Shown piece after piece: positions 32,265 through 42,070 of a stretch of 60,579 bases of DNA. The stretch's first letter is position 1, and every line of letters begins with the position of its first letter. Origin of the DNA: an uncultured Bacilli bacterium (GTDB taxonomy: Bacteria > Bacillota_I > Bacilli_A > RF39 > UBA660). The stretch lies in contig CANRKU010000005.1 in NCBI GenBank assembly GCA_947631295.1, positions 1 to 60,579 of the forward strand, in the 5' to 3' direction. Made by a program: the position numbers and the translations under genes. The notes under the pieces were generated by a model. The model ran no database searches. It worked only from the letters and a program-made list of their open reading frames with translations, and had not been told where the DNA came from.

Positions 32265-32687
32265 TCAAGACACTTTTTTATTTTTTTCAGTATCATAATC
32301 TTGTTCTAATAATTGATTAGATAAAGAATAGGTAATATTATAATCAATAAGCCCTTCACCAACACAATTAATAAATCTATATTTTGCATATTCTTTCACT
32401 TTTTGTTTAACAAGATCTATCGGAATATGAAATTTGATAGATGCTTGTTCCATAGTTTCATCATCAAATTTTCTATCAATTAGAAAATTATGTAATTCAA
32501 TATCAAATGGAAATAAGAATGTATTAGAAATGATTTGATGCAAATCATTATAATGAAATTCTTCAAGTAAACGACTCATAATATTTCTAGCTTTCATTCC
32601 AGAATGAATCATATCCTTCATATAAACTTGGTAAGCTAATGTTTTTAATTTAGCATACTGTTGTATCGTTAATTTTAAATTTTCCAT
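32265..32687 (-). CDS. Hypothetical protein, translationally coupled to nusG
   Basis: 140-aa ORF with a TAATG stop/start overlap. Confidence 0.7.
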   Translation of the reverse strand: MENLKLTIQQYAKLKTLAYQVYMKDMIHSGMKARNIMSRLLEEFHYNDLHQIISNTFLFPFDIELHNFLIDRKFDDETMEQASIKFHIPIDLVKQKVKEYAKYRFINCVGEGLIDYNITYSLSNQLLEQDYDTEKNKKVS

Positions 32688-33232
32688 TATTCAGCCATCT
32701 CGATTTCTGACATACCAACCTCAACAGAAGTTTCTTGTCCAAATAAATCTACTAATAACATAATTTTTTGATTTGCTGCATCCACAGAATCAATTGTTCC
32801 AAGCATACCAGAAAAAGGTCCAGATATAATTTTAACACGGGTACCAACTTCTAATTCTTTATTAACATCTAATCTACTCATACCCATACTATTTAAAATA
32901 TTATCTACTTCATAAGGTTGAAGAGGAGTAGGTTTAGCTCCTTTACCACTAGATCCAATAAATCCTGTAACACCTGGTGTATTACGAACAACATACCAAG
33001 CTTCATCACTCATAACCATTTCAACTAAAATATAACCTGGGAATAATTTTTTTATTCTTTCTTTCGTCACACCATCTTTTTCTTCAATTACTTTCTGTTC
33101 AGGAACGATTACTCTAAAAATATAATCTTTCATATCCATACTTTCAGAACGCATTTCTAACTTTTCTTTTACTTTATTTTCATGCCCAGAATAAGTATTA
33201 ACAACATACCACTGTTTATCCATTTTATACAC
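32687..33232 (-). CDS. nusG: Transcription factor NusG (start may be ATG 33223)
   Basis: WYVVNTYSGHENKV, FPGY, VRNTPGVTGF, KOW motif. Confidence 0.99.
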   Translation of the reverse strand: MYKMDKQWYVVNTYSGHENKVKEKLEMRSESMDMKDYIFRVIVPEQKVIEEKDGVTKERIKKLFPGYILVEMVMSDEAWYVVRNTPGVTGFIGSSGKGAKPTPLQPYEVDNILNSMGMSRLDVNKELEVGTRVKIISGPFSGMLGTIDSVDAANQKIMLLVDLFGQETSVEVGMSEIEMAE

Positions 33233-33569
33233 CTGCCTTTAATAATGCAACAATGAAATCTATTAAATAGAAAAATAATGCAAAAAATACGATAAATGTA
33301 ATAGTTGCCACAGAATATTTAACCATATCTTTTTTAGAAGGCCATTTCACTTTAGACATCTCACTTTTTACTTCTTTAAAAAATAGAAAAATATGAGAAT
33401 GTTTTTTACTATTTTTTGCTTTCTTTTTCTTACTAGAATTCTTTTTAGTATTTTTATCTTTTTGTTTTTTTTCTTCCTTTTTAGAAGAAGAATTTGTTTC
33501 TTTTTTGATTTTAGCTAACTCTGAATCAACATCCATAACTGTGCGATCGTCTTTAACAACTTTAGCCAT
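33225..33569 (-). CDS. secE: Preprotein translocase SecE with Lys-rich N-terminal extension
   Basis: FFKEVKSEMSKVKWP followed by TM; upstream of nusG. Confidence 0.95.
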   Translation of the reverse strand: MAKVVKDDRTVMDVDSELAKIKKETNSSSKKEEKKQKDKNTKKNSSKKKKAKNSKKHSHIFLFFKEVKSEMSKVKWPSKKDMVKYSVATITFIVFFALFFYLIDFIVALLKAGV

Positions 33570-33656
33570 ACATCCACCTAACCTTTTTTATCAAAATAAA
33601 AACACCTTCTCGTGTTCAATATTAAATTAACATAAAAAGATGAAAAAGTCAATATT

Positions 33657-34289
33657 CTAAACCACTAAAATATAAAAGACTATTCCTATTAAAATAATAG
33701 TGATAGAAGCAACTACAGTTACCAAAAAGAAATTATATCCAAAAGCTGCTTCATTTTTATCAGAAAATGCTTTTCCAGCTTCTGTTGCTTTCACATATGC
33801 TAAACTAGAAGCATTACTAGTACTATTTTTTTTATGTTCTGAAATCACATAATCAGAGAGATAAATAAATGGAGCTACCAATTTATTAGAATGGTAACTA
33901 TCTACTAAAATAGACTGATAATATGCTTTATCAGCATTAGGATAACAAAAAGAAAAAGAATCAAAATGTTGACTAACAAATTTTGGATTCATTAATGTAT
34001 CAGAAGTATTATTATAATAAGCCCATAATGCTAAAACAGACATCCAAATAACATTATTTAAAATAGCTTCTTCTCTATTATCTGCAACTATATAAGATAT
34101 AGGTACTATTTTATCAAAAGAATAAATACCATCTTGGAAATAAATATGATCAGGATTAAAGTTAGTTACCATATATCCATTTTCATGTAATTTTTTCAAC
34201 ATAACATCCATTACTACTAATGCTGCACGTTTTTCTTCCAAAGATAAAGATTTAAATTTCATATCCAATAGATTTACTTTATCCTTCAT
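33657..34289 (-). CDS. Hypothetical C-terminally anchored protein with a kinase-like fragment
   Basis: LKKLHENGYMVTNFNPDHIY resembles a degenerate kinase catalytic loop; C-terminal TM. Confidence 0.65.
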   Translation of the reverse strand: MKDKVNLLDMKFKSLSLEEKRAALVVMDVMLKKLHENGYMVTNFNPDHIYFQDGIYSFDKIVPISYIVADNREEAILNNVIWMSVLALWAYYNNTSDTLMNPKFVSQHFDSFSFCYPNADKAYYQSILVDSYHSNKLVAPFIYLSDYVISEHKKNSTSNASSLAYVKATEAGKAFSDKNEAAFGYNFFLVTVVASITIILIGIVFYILVV

Positions 34290-34342
34290 ATTATCACCTA
34301 TTATACATTATAACATGGAAAAAATTTTTTTCAACGTCAAAA

Positions 34343-34760
34343 ACGAGGAAACATATTTATTGTTAATTTTCATTTGGAAGTCCGCTTTTAACAAAATAAC
34401 GGAATTAAGTCTGATTATAGTATAATGAAATTTAAAATCAAGGGCGAGTGAAATGAGTTTATATACCCTTGATTTTTAAATTTCATTGATTATAATAAGT
34501 AACACAAATAAAGTTCTTCTTTATTTGTTACTAGACAATTAAAGGCATCCTATTGAGATAAAAACGGAATTAAGTTTAAAAAACGGACATTGGTCTGTTA
34601 TTTTCGTCGTGGAAAAATTTAGTACTTTAACTATTATTTTGCTTACTTTTATCAACGTTATTTCCGTTTAATATTCTAAAAACGGCATTAAATCTGATAA
34701 AGAAAAAAAAACGTAAAAAAACGGACTTTACTCTAAAAATTTACGAGGAAACATATTTAT
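34343..34760. repeat. 400-bp intergenic element bounded by an 18-bp direct repeat, with internal IR and AAACGG motifs
   Basis: ACGAGGAAACATATTTAT at 34343 and 34743; IR arms at 34424..34444 and 34466..34487. Confidence 0.7.
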
Positions 34761-35377
34761 GAACTAAACTTTAAATACTCACGAAGCTTTTTTCGAATTT
34801 GAAATAATGAATTACTCACTTGTTTAATAGATAATTCTAACAATAAAGCAATATGATGATTACTAAAACCATTCATTCTTAATTCTAAAATAGAAGATTG
34901 TATAAAGTCCAAATTAAGTAAAAATTTACGTATATTTTGCTCAAATTCTATATCTTCTAACAATAAATGTGGCTTTATAGCACTTTTATCTTCTAAAAAG
35001 TTGATAAGTTCGCATTCCTCCTGATCAAAGATAACATTTGATAAAGAAATTCCATTATTTAAATAATAATGCTTTCGAGCATTTCTTAATGTCAAAATAT
35101 TTAAAATTTTACTACGAATAGAAATAATTGCATAAGTATAAAATAATACATTACTTTTAGAATCATATGTATTAAGAGCGCTATATAATCCTAAATAACC
35201 TTCTTGCACCAAATCTTCAAATTCTAAACCACAACGCTTGGCATCTGTTTTATATTGACTAGCAATTTTCTGTATAATTGGCCTATATTTTTGAAAAAGA
35301 ACATCTTTAGCATTTTCATCCTGTTCTTCCACTAAATACATAACTTCATAATCATTTAAATCCTTATAAACTCCCAT
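34757..35377 (-). CDS. sigH: SigH/ComX-like sigma factor
   Basis: EDLVQEGYLGLY, FYTYA, VSNSLFQIRKKL; cysS-mrnC-rlmB-sigH synteny. Confidence 0.85.
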   Translation of the reverse strand: MGVYKDLNDYEVMYLVEEQDENAKDVLFQKYRPIIQKIASQYKTDAKRCGLEFEDLVQEGYLGLYSALNTYDSKSNVLFYTYAIISIRSKILNILTLRNARKHYYLNNGISLSNVIFDQEECELINFLEDKSAIKPHLLLEDIEFEQNIRKFLLNLDFIQSSILELRMNGFSNHHIALLLELSIKQVSNSLFQIRKKLREYLKFSS

Positions 35378-35380
35378 ACC

Positions 35381-36082
35381 CTACCTTCTTTTCTGTCTAA
35401 TCACCTCATATATCATAATTCCTGCTGCAACAGAAGCATTTAGACTATTTACTTTTCCATACATGGGAATTTTAGCTATAAAATCACATGACTCTCGAAT
35501 CATTCTGGACATTCCATTTCCTTCATTTCCAACAACTAGAGCAATCTTGCCTGAGTAATCAAGCTCATGATAATTAACAGCATTGTCCATATCTGTACCA
35601 ACAATCCAAAAACCATTCTTCTTTAAATCATCAAGAGTCTGATTTAAATTAGTAACTACAGAAATAGGAATATTATCAATAGATCCAACACTAGTTTTGA
35701 TAACAGTAGCATTTACTAATACGCTTCGATCTTTTGGAATAATAATACCATTAACTCCAGCTGCCTCACTAGTACGAATAATAGCTCCTAAATTATGGGG
35801 ATCTTCTAAATGATCCAAAATCATAACAAAGCTATCCTCATCTTGAATAAAATCATGATAATCAGTATAACTAAAATCCACAACATCTAAAATTATACCC
35901 TGATGAACACCATTTGCAAGTTGATCTAATTCTCTTTTGTCTCTATAAATAACCGGAATTTTAGATTTTTCTACTAGGAATTTTAATTTTTCATCATGAA
36001 ATCCTACCTGTAAATAGATTTTTCGTACTTTTCCAGTTTTTTGTAAATATTCTTCAGCAACATTTCTTCCATATACTAACAT
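35381..36082 (-). CDS. rlmB: 23S rRNA Gm2251 methyltransferase, TrmH family
   Basis: HQG, LDHLEDPHNLGAIIR, GNEG, SLNASVA. Confidence 0.95.
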   Translation of the reverse strand: MLVYGRNVAEEYLQKTGKVRKIYLQVGFHDEKLKFLVEKSKIPVIYRDKRELDQLANGVHQGIILDVVDFSYTDYHDFIQDEDSFVMILDHLEDPHNLGAIIRTSEAAGVNGIIIPKDRSVLVNATVIKTSVGSIDNIPISVVTNLNQTLDDLKKNGFWIVGTDMDNAVNYHELDYSGKIALVVGNEGNGMSRMIRESCDFIAKIPMYGKVNSLNASVAAGIMIYEVIRQKRR

Positions 36083-36083
36083 T

Positions 36084-36461
36084 TTAAATACCTCCTAATA
36101 TAAGATTCATAATTTCATCTATTCTTTCTTTTCTAGAAGATAAATCTAAATAACCAATTAAAGCTTCTAGACCCGTAGCATGTTTATAAGTTAGAATATC
36201 ACAATTTTTAGGATGAGAATTACTTTTATAATTTCTAGCTCTTTTAATAACGGACAATTCTTCTTCTGTAAAAAAATTTTTTTCCACCAACTCTGTTAAA
36301 AACTTAGCCTGTGCTTTAGCACTAACATAGGAAATAGATAATGTTTGTAGATCATTTACATTACTTATTCCCTTTGCAATCAAATATCTTCTTACATAAT
36401 TTTCATAAATAGTATCTCCTAAATAAGCAAGTACTAAAACATTGATTTCCAATACATTCAT
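36084..36461 (-). CDS. mrnC: Mini-ribonuclease III
   Basis: LAYLGD, KRARN, ATGLEALIGYL. Confidence 0.95.
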   Translation of the reverse strand: MNVLEINVLVLAYLGDTIYENYVRRYLIAKGISNVNDLQTLSISYVSAKAQAKFLTELVEKNFFTEEELSVIKRARNYKSNSHPKNCDILTYKHATGLEALIGYLDLSSRKERIDEIMNLILGGI

Positions 36462-36508
36462 ATTAACACCTCTTTTAATATCATATCATAGAAAAAGAAA
36501 AAAGGACC

Positions 36509-37207
36509 TTAGTCCCTATCATTTCTTCCTACTAATATCGCAACAAATCGAAAAATTTCTAAAATCGTAGCTGCCACTCCTGCAACATAAGTCATAGCAG
36601 CTGCTTTCAACATACTTTTACTTTCTTCTAATTCATTATCTTTTAACACTTTATTTTGTTTTAATTCTTTTAAGGCTCTATCAGATGCATTAAATTCAAC
36701 AGGTAATGTAATAAGTTGAAATAATAAAATAATTAAAAGAAGCCCGACTCCTGCCCACGCAAGTTCTAAAAATCCAAAGAAAAAGCCAATTAAGATTGCG
36801 ATATAGCCAAATCTAGAAGCAAAAGATACTAGTGGAAAAATAAAACCACGAATTTTAATCATCATATATCCTTCTTTATCTTGAATAGCATGACCACATT
36901 CATGAGCAGCAACAGAAACGGAAGCAATACTATCTCCGTGAAATATCTCCTTCGACAATCTTACCACCTTACGATTAGGATCATAATGATCAGTAAGAGT
37001 TCCTGATACTTCCGTAACATAAATATCAGTAAGCCCATGCTTATCTAAAATCATTCTTGCAACTTCTTGCCCACTAATCCCCTTCGAATTTTTAACTCTT
37101 CGATAAGTCTGATAGCGATTTTGAACAAAATATTCAGCAACTAATGTAATAATAGATGCTAAGACAATAAAGAAATAGCCTAATGAATCGTAAAATACAT
37201 AACTCAT
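36509..37207 (-). CDS. Membrane zinc metallopeptidase, YugP family
   Basis: LTDHYDP, AAHECGHAIQ, TLPVEFNAS, AAAMTYVA. Confidence 0.93.
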   Translation of the reverse strand: MSYVFYDSLGYFFIVLASIITLVAEYFVQNRYQTYRRVKNSKGISGQEVARMILDKHGLTDIYVTEVSGTLTDHYDPNRKVVRLSKEIFHGDSIASVSVAAHECGHAIQDKEGYMMIKIRGFIFPLVSFASRFGYIAILIGFFFGFLELAWAGVGLLLIILLFQLITLPVEFNASDRALKELKQNKVLKDNELEESKSMLKAAAMTYVAGVAATILEIFRFVAILVGRNDRD

Positions 37208-37215
37208 GCTATCAC

Positions 37216-38613
37216 CTACATAATTTCGTAAGTAGTACCCTCTTTAGAATCTACTAAACGAACTCCCTTTCCTAGTAATTCATCACGAATAGAATCGGCT
37301 AAATCATAGTTTTTATCTTTCTTAGCTTGATTTCTTTCTTCAATTTTTAAAAGAACATATTCTTTTAACTCATTATCTATTTCTTTTTCTTCTTCTATTA
37401 GATTTAAAGATAAAACTTGATCAAAATGATCAATTAAATATAGCTTTGTAAAATCAGTAAGTTCATCATCTTTTAGAACATCATAAACTAAAGTTAACAT
37501 ACTAGCAGTATTTAAATCATTCGAAATAGCTTCTTTAAATTGAGTTTGATAATAATCAATTTTATCTTCATGTAAATTAGGAGTTCTATCTAACTTACTA
37601 ATTCTAGCTTTTAATTTTTTATATGCACTTTCTGCTTGATCCAAAGCTTCATACGAAAATACTAGTACTTTACGATAATGACTACTTAAACAAAAATATC
37701 GATAACTAAGAGGATCATATCCTTTTTCTTCTAATAATGAAACTGTCAAAAATTCTCCATTTGATTTACTCATCTTACCAGTCTGATCATTTAAATGTTC
37801 TCCATGAACCCAATAATTACACCACTTATGTCCAAAATAAGCCTCACTTTGAGCTATTTCATTTGTATGATGTGGAAAAATATTATCAATACCGCCACAA
37901 TGAATATCTAAATATTCACCCAAATATTTTCCACTAATTCCACTACATTCAATATGCCAACCAGGGTATCCTAATCCCCATGGAGAATCCCATCTCATAT
38001 CTTGATTTTTAAACTTACTATCCGTAAACCATAACACAAAATCAGCAGGATTCCTTTTTGCTTTATCTTCTTCTACTGTATCACGAACACCAACCATTAA
38101 ATCTTCAGGATTTTTACCAGACAATTGATAATAATCTTTAGCTTTACTAACATCGAAATAAACATTATTATTTGATAAATAAGCATATCCATCTTGTAAC
38201 ATCTTTGTAATCATTTCAATATAAGTATCAATATGATGACTAGCAGGTTCCACGATATTAGGCTTTTTAATATTTAATTTACTACAATCATTGAAAAAAG
38301 CATTAGTATAAAAATCTGCTATTTCATAAACACTTTTTCCTTCTCGTTTAGCACCTTTTATCATCTTATCTTCACCAGTATCACTATCACTTGTTAAATG
38401 TCCAACATCTGTAATATTCATAACACGCTTTACTTCATACCCTAAATATTTAAGACCTTTTTCTAAAATATCTTCAAAAATATAAGTGCGCAGATTTCCA
38501 ATATGTGCATAATGATATACAGTAGGGCCACAAGTATACATACGAACAATCCCATTTTCATGAGGAACAAAAGTTTCTACTCTTCTTGTTAAAGTATTAT
38601 ATATTTTCATCAT
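37216..38613 (-). CDS. cysS: Cysteine--tRNA ligase
   Basis: CGPTVY, HIGN, PGWHIECS, KMSKS. Confidence 0.98.
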   Translation of the reverse strand: MMKIYNTLTRRVETFVPHENGIVRMYTCGPTVYHYAHIGNLRTYIFEDILEKGLKYLGYEVKRVMNITDVGHLTSDSDTGEDKMIKGAKREGKSVYEIADFYTNAFFNDCSKLNIKKPNIVEPASHHIDTYIEMITKMLQDGYAYLSNNNVYFDVSKAKDYYQLSGKNPEDLMVGVRDTVEEDKAKRNPADFVLWFTDSKFKNQDMRWDSPWGLGYPGWHIECSGISGKYLGEYLDIHCGGIDNIFPHHTNEIAQSEAYFGHKWCNYWVHGEHLNDQTGKMSKSNGEFLTVSLLEEKGYDPLSYRYFCLSSHYRKVLVFSYEALDQAESAYKKLKARISKLDRTPNLHEDKIDYYQTQFKEAISNDLNTASMLTLVYDVLKDDELTDFTKLYLIDHFDQVLSLNLIEEEKEIDNELKEYVLLKIEERNQAKKDKNYDLADSIRDELLGKGVRLVDSKEGTTYEIM

Positions 38614-38729
38614 ATCACCTGTTTCATTATATTCTTAATGCTTTAGTTAATTATACCATAATATGAAATATATTTATATAAAAAAAACTAAGATAACTTA
38701 GTTTAATAATTTCATTATGAGTCAATATT

Positions 38730-39200
38730 TTACATTTTAATACCAAAATTCTCTTGATATTGTTTTAATTTCATTTTAGGAAAAGTTCGAATATTGGTAC
38801 ATTCCGTTCTATCATCAAAAAGTTCATTATTCATTAAATCACGAATAAAAGCTTCGTTAGCACTTTTACTTTTTTCAAAATGCCATTCTAATGTTGGATT
38901 GACCTTTTCATTCATTAACATATCATAATAAATAGGCCATTTACCTAATTTTTCGATAACAGAAACACCAAGTTCATATAATAAATCTAAACTATTTTCC
39001 AAATGAGCAGAATCTTTTAACGTTAATCGAAGAAAAGACTCTTTATTATACCCTAAAATAAAATGAACATTTTTATAAGAAAACATCATCATATTTTCAT
39101 GATTCAAATTATCTACCAATAAATCATCATGTTTAGGAGTTAAATAATCAATAATTTCCCAACAGTCATCTATTTCTGATAAGTTATTATATCCACTCAT
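38730..39200 (-). CDS. Hypothetical protein
   Basis: 156-aa ORF with AAAGGA RBS and upstream TTGACT..TATAAC-like promoter. Confidence 0.7.
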   Translation of the reverse strand: MSGYNNLSEIDDCWEIIDYLTPKHDDLLVDNLNHENMMMFSYKNVHFILGYNKESFLRLTLKDSAHLENSLDLLYELGVSVIEKLGKWPIYYDMLMNEKVNPTLEWHFEKSKSANEAFIRDLMNNELFDDRTECTNIRTFPKMKLKQYQENFGIKM

Positions 39201-39314
39201 ATACAGCCATCCTTTCTAGTAGTTATATACTATAAAATTTGAAGAAGAAAGTCAATCTTTTTTAGAAAAAAAAGAAAGAGTTTATTAAAAAATATTTTTT
39301 CTAATCACAGGATT

Positions 39315-41645
39315 TTAATTAGTATTTACATAAATTTCAGTTTTCCCATCCAAAATGTTATCTATCACATAATCATCTATTTTGTCTTCAATAACTTGAT
39401 CAATCTTTCTAGCCCCAAATTCTGCATATCTTGTAAGATCAACCATTTCATTAATAACAGTATCCTGAATATGAACTTTAATATTTCTTTCTTTAAATCT
39501 TTTCTTTACTATTTCTAACTTATTTTTTATAATCGTTCTAATATTAGTTGCATCTAATTTTCTAAAGTATATAACTTTTTGAATACGATTCAATAGTTCT
39601 AAAGACAAGACTTCTTTTAATTTACTATCATCTTTATTAATCTCTTCTAAAAATCCCACGGAATCTTTATGAAAACCAATATTAGAAGTCATAATGATAA
39701 TATGATGATTAAAATGAATAACATTTCCCCTAGCATCAGTTATTTTTCCCTCATCCAATATTTGTAAAAATAAATTTAATACACTAGGATGAGCTTTTTC
39801 TATTTCATCTAATAATATTAAAGAATGTGGATTCTTTCTAATCTCCTCTAATTTATTATGACCATCATCATATCCAACATATCCTGGAGATGTACCAATA
39901 ATCTTCGTAATAGAACTACTATCACGATATTCACTCATATCAAAACGTATTAATTTATTTTTACCAAATAAATAACGTGAATATTCCGTCGCTAATTTTG
40001 TTTTTCCTACACCAGTTGGACCAACAAACAAATAAGAATACGGTCTATCATTCTCTTTATAACCTAGTTTAATTCTTTTAGTAGCTTTTATCAACTCAGT
40101 AATAGCCTCATCCTGACCTATTATTTCTTTACGTAATTCTTTTTCTAAAGTTTTTATATAAGTATGAGTACTACCATTAATTTCATAAACAGGTATTTTG
40201 GTCTTTTCAGAAACAACATCAGCAATATCTTTATCATGAATGATTCGAATATTTTTCTTTCCATGACATTTTAATTCCAATTGATTAATTTTAGTAAGTA
40301 ATTCTTTCTCTTTTTGTTTAGTCTTAGTTGCACTTTCAAAGTCTTGATGAATAATAAATTGATTTTTTTCTTCAATAGTATCTCTAAGTTCATTTTTATA
40401 TATACTAAGTTTATTACTAGATTTATGATGAATTAAAGATACTCTAGAACACACCTCATCTAAAATATCAATAGATTTATCAGGTTGTTTCCTATCATAA
40501 ATATATTTATCAGCTAGTTTTATAATCAATCTTAATTCCTCATCATTAATTTTAACATTATGATAAGATTCATAAATGGGACGGAGTTTTTCTAAAATAT
40601 CATAAACTTGATTATAATTAGGTTCATATATAAATATTGTTTGGAATCGTCTATCCATAGCTCTATCCTTTTCAATAGTCTGTTTATACTCATCAGTAGT
40701 AGTAGCACCTATTAAACGAATTTTACCACGAGCTAATGCTGGTTTAAAAATATTAGCAGCATCAATAGCGCCTTCAGCTCCTCCAGCTCCCATTACTGTA
40801 TGTATCTCATCAATAAATAATAAAACATCATCACTAGTTTCTAACTCTTTTAACATTTTAGTAACTCTTTCTTCAAATTCACCACGATATTTCGTTCCTG
40901 ATACTAAAGAAGCAATAGATACAGAAATAATTCTCTTATTTTTCAATTTTTCTGGCACTTTATCTTGAACAATTAACCTAGCAAGTTCTTCAACTAAAGC
41001 AGTTTTACCTACACCAGCTTCTCCAATTAATAATGGATTATTTTTTCCTCTACGACATAAAATTTCCATCATTCTTTTAAGTTCTTCATCTCTCCCAACA
41101 ACAGGATCTAGTTCATTATTAAAAGCTTTTTTTGTTAAATCCACTCCAAATTCTTCAACCATCAACTTTTTCTTACCATTTTTCTTTTTACTGCTTAACC
41201 TTGCGGAAAAATAATCCTGTAATTCAGAAATATCAATAGATAATTTATTTAATACCCGTACTGCTACTCCTTCTCCTTCTTCTAATATAGCGAATAATAA
41301 ATGATCAGATGTTACTTCATTTTTAGAAGATTCTTTACTAATAAGCAATGCTGTTTCCATAACTCTCTTTAATAATGGGGTATATAAAAACCAGTCATTT
41401 TTTTCTGTACCAACACCAACTAATTCAATTAATTTATCTTTAAATTTATCATAAGTAATTCCAAATTCATTTAATTTCTTACTAGAATCATTTTTTAATT
41501 TTAATAGTGCAAGAAATAAATGTTCACTACCAATGTATGGATGTTTTAATTCCTGCATTTCCTTTTTCGAATTCATTAATACTTTTTGTGCTTCTTCGCT
41601 AAAATTGGAAAACATATCAATTCCTCCCTTATATTCTATGTACAT
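39315..41645 (-). CDS. clpC: ATP-dependent Clp protease ATPase ClpC (start probably ATG 41615)
   Basis: Clp-N repeats; two Walker A motifs (GEAGVGKT, GPTGVGKT); UVR-like middle domain. Confidence 0.93.
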   Translation of the reverse strand: MYIEYKGGIDMFSNFSEEAQKVLMNSKKEMQELKHPYIGSEHLFLALLKLKNDSSKKLNEFGITYDKFKDKLIELVGVGTEKNDWFLYTPLLKRVMETALLISKESSKNEVTSDHLLFAILEEGEGVAVRVLNKLSIDISELQDYFSARLSSKKKNGKKKLMVEEFGVDLTKKAFNNELDPVVGRDEELKRMMEILCRRGKNNPLLIGEAGVGKTALVEELARLIVQDKVPEKLKNKRIISVSIASLVSGTKYRGEFEERVTKMLKELETSDDVLLFIDEIHTVMGAGGAEGAIDAANIFKPALARGKIRLIGATTTDEYKQTIEKDRAMDRRFQTIFIYEPNYNQVYDILEKLRPIYESYHNVKINDEELRLIIKLADKYIYDRKQPDKSIDILDEVCSRVSLIHHKSSNKLSIYKNELRDTIEEKNQFIIHQDFESATKTKQKEKELLTKINQLELKCHGKKNIRIIHDKDIADVVSEKTKIPVYEINGSTHTYIKTLEKELRKEIIGQDEAITELIKATKRIKLGYKENDRPYSYLFVGPTGVGKTKLATEYSRYLFGKNKLIRFDMSEYRDSSSITKIIGTSPGYVGYDDGHNKLEEIRKNPHSLILLDEIEKAHPSVLNLFLQILDEGKITDARGNVIHFNHHIIIMTSNIGFHKDSVGFLEEINKDDSKLKEVLSLELLNRIQKVIYFRKLDATNIRTIIKNKLEIVKKRFKERNIKVHIQDTVINEMVDLTRYAEFGARKIDQVIEDKIDDYVIDNILDGKTEIYVNTN

Positions 41646-41726
41646 TATGGGAGAATTAGCATTTATTTATACATTTTTTAATATTTATCAAATCTAGAAG
41701 CATAAAATAAATTAAGGAGGTACAGA

Positions 41727-41978
41727 ATGTACAAATCACTATTAAAAAATTACATTGAGAAATTAAAAAAAGAAGATATTATTAAATACATAAATAATAA
41801 TAATTATCAAGTAACAGATAAAGAGATAGATACTATTTATTTTTATATAAAAAATTATTGGGAAGATATTTTCGATAATAAACCAGAAATATGGAATAAA
41901 ATTAAAAAGGATGTGACATTGCCAACTTTTATTCAACTTCAAAATTTATATCAGAAATATCAAAAATATATTGGATAA
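41727..41978 (+). CDS. Small hypothetical protein (DUF2624-like)
   Basis: 83 aa with AAGGAGG RBS; family name from recall only. Confidence 0.7.
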   Translation: MYKSLLKNYIEKLKKEDIIKYINNNNYQVTDKEIDTIYFYIKNYWEDIFDNKPEIWNKIKKDVTLPTFIQLQNLYQKYQKYIG

Positions 41979-41995
41979 AACTATAATAATCATAG

Positions 41996-42032
41996 AAAAA
42001 GTAGACAAAAGCTTATCACTTGTCTACTTTTA
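41996..42032. terminator. Bidirectional terminator after pilin-like copy 1 (paralogous hairpin at ~45357..45392)
   Basis: aaaagtagacaa...ttgtctactttt. Confidence 0.8.
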
Positions 42033-42070
42033 TTATTTTATTTCAAAATTAGTACTATCTTTATGTTGAA

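Noticed and set aside
34330-34760. CRISPR array
   Set aside because: The repeats are short, degenerate and irregularly spaced; no cas genes are present.
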